64,000 bases of DNA from Haliotis cracherodii (Eukaryota), in contig NW_027266271.1 of the NCBI RefSeq assembly GCF_022045235.1, forward strand, positions 27,900,001-27,964,000, in the 5' to 3' direction. The first letter of the stretch is position 1; every line of letters begins with the position of its first letter. Position numbers and translations under genes: made by a program. Below, one piece after another: positions 63,385-64,000 of the stretch. The notes beneath the pieces were generated by a model that saw only the letters and a program-made list of their open reading frames with translations, was not told the origin of the DNA and ran no database searches.

Positions 63385-64000
63385 TCAGTCACGGTGAGTA
63401 CAGCCTTGTAGACGGATGTCCTTGAGAGGACAGACTATCTCATTCTGGTGTTTCCTGCTGCTGGAGGGGGACTCATGTGGGACTCAGTTTTGTTTCGCAG
63501 GGACCCAGCAGGTCTGTAATTCATTTTAGTAAAAGGACTCATTGTCTCCAGCAGTATTTCAGAAACTCCAGCAAACTTCATGTTGTCTCTTTCCATGTGA
63601 TGCCAGACAAATGCGTTTTCTTCTTACACTGACCCAAAATTTCTGAAAGAAAGTGAAATATTAGAATTACGTTTTTTGTTTCATTCATGTTTCATCGTAT
63701 TTGGTTTATAACTTTTATTTAAAAATATATAACCTCAAATTCACCTAAAATACACAAAAGACATATCTTTAAGATTACCTCCCACCTCTTGGCATCTTGA
63801 CAAACCTGTGAAGCAGGCCTGATGGACTTTTAAACATGAAACTTTTCCACTTTTAATTACATTATGGCTGGAGTGTCTGACATTTACTTTCTTGAAGTGA
63901 TGAAGCCTGCGGATTAAAGATGTCTTAATGTGTCATCTACATTACCCAGCAGAGTCGGTGTAGCTTAATGAGGGATTGGTGTGAATGTGGAGTTGAGCCC

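Overview
Eukaryotic, AT-rich, repeat-dense animal DNA. The SINE and HINE families suggest a mollusc, plausibly an abalone (inference). The window holds the middle of one large + strand gene, a THSD7A/THSD7B-family protein (thrombospondin type-1 domain-containing 7). I traced 18 consecutive GT-AG exons from 22582 to 63213 (3927 nt, about 1308 codons) with compatible intron phases throughout. The signal-peptide exon was not identified, and the 3' exons lie beyond the window. Non-coding DNA contains four SINE(-like) families with related 3' tails, several MITE/foldback elements, LINE and Penelope-like remnants, about 15 mini/microsatellites and one assembly gap (57090-57225). The most notable theme is repeats interacting with splice signals. 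A SINE with an (ACTC)n tail inserted exactly at a GTGAGT donor and duplicated it. A 49-bp minisatellite amplifies an exon's donor 12 times. A SINE tail supplies the branch-point region of another exon. Also notable are a foldback element with outward-facing tRNA-Arg-derived arms, a TAG...CTA element with 9-bp TSDs and a possible nested antisense unit. No prokaryotic features, CRISPR arrays or intact RNA genes were seen. Family names come from recalled motifs, not from database searches.
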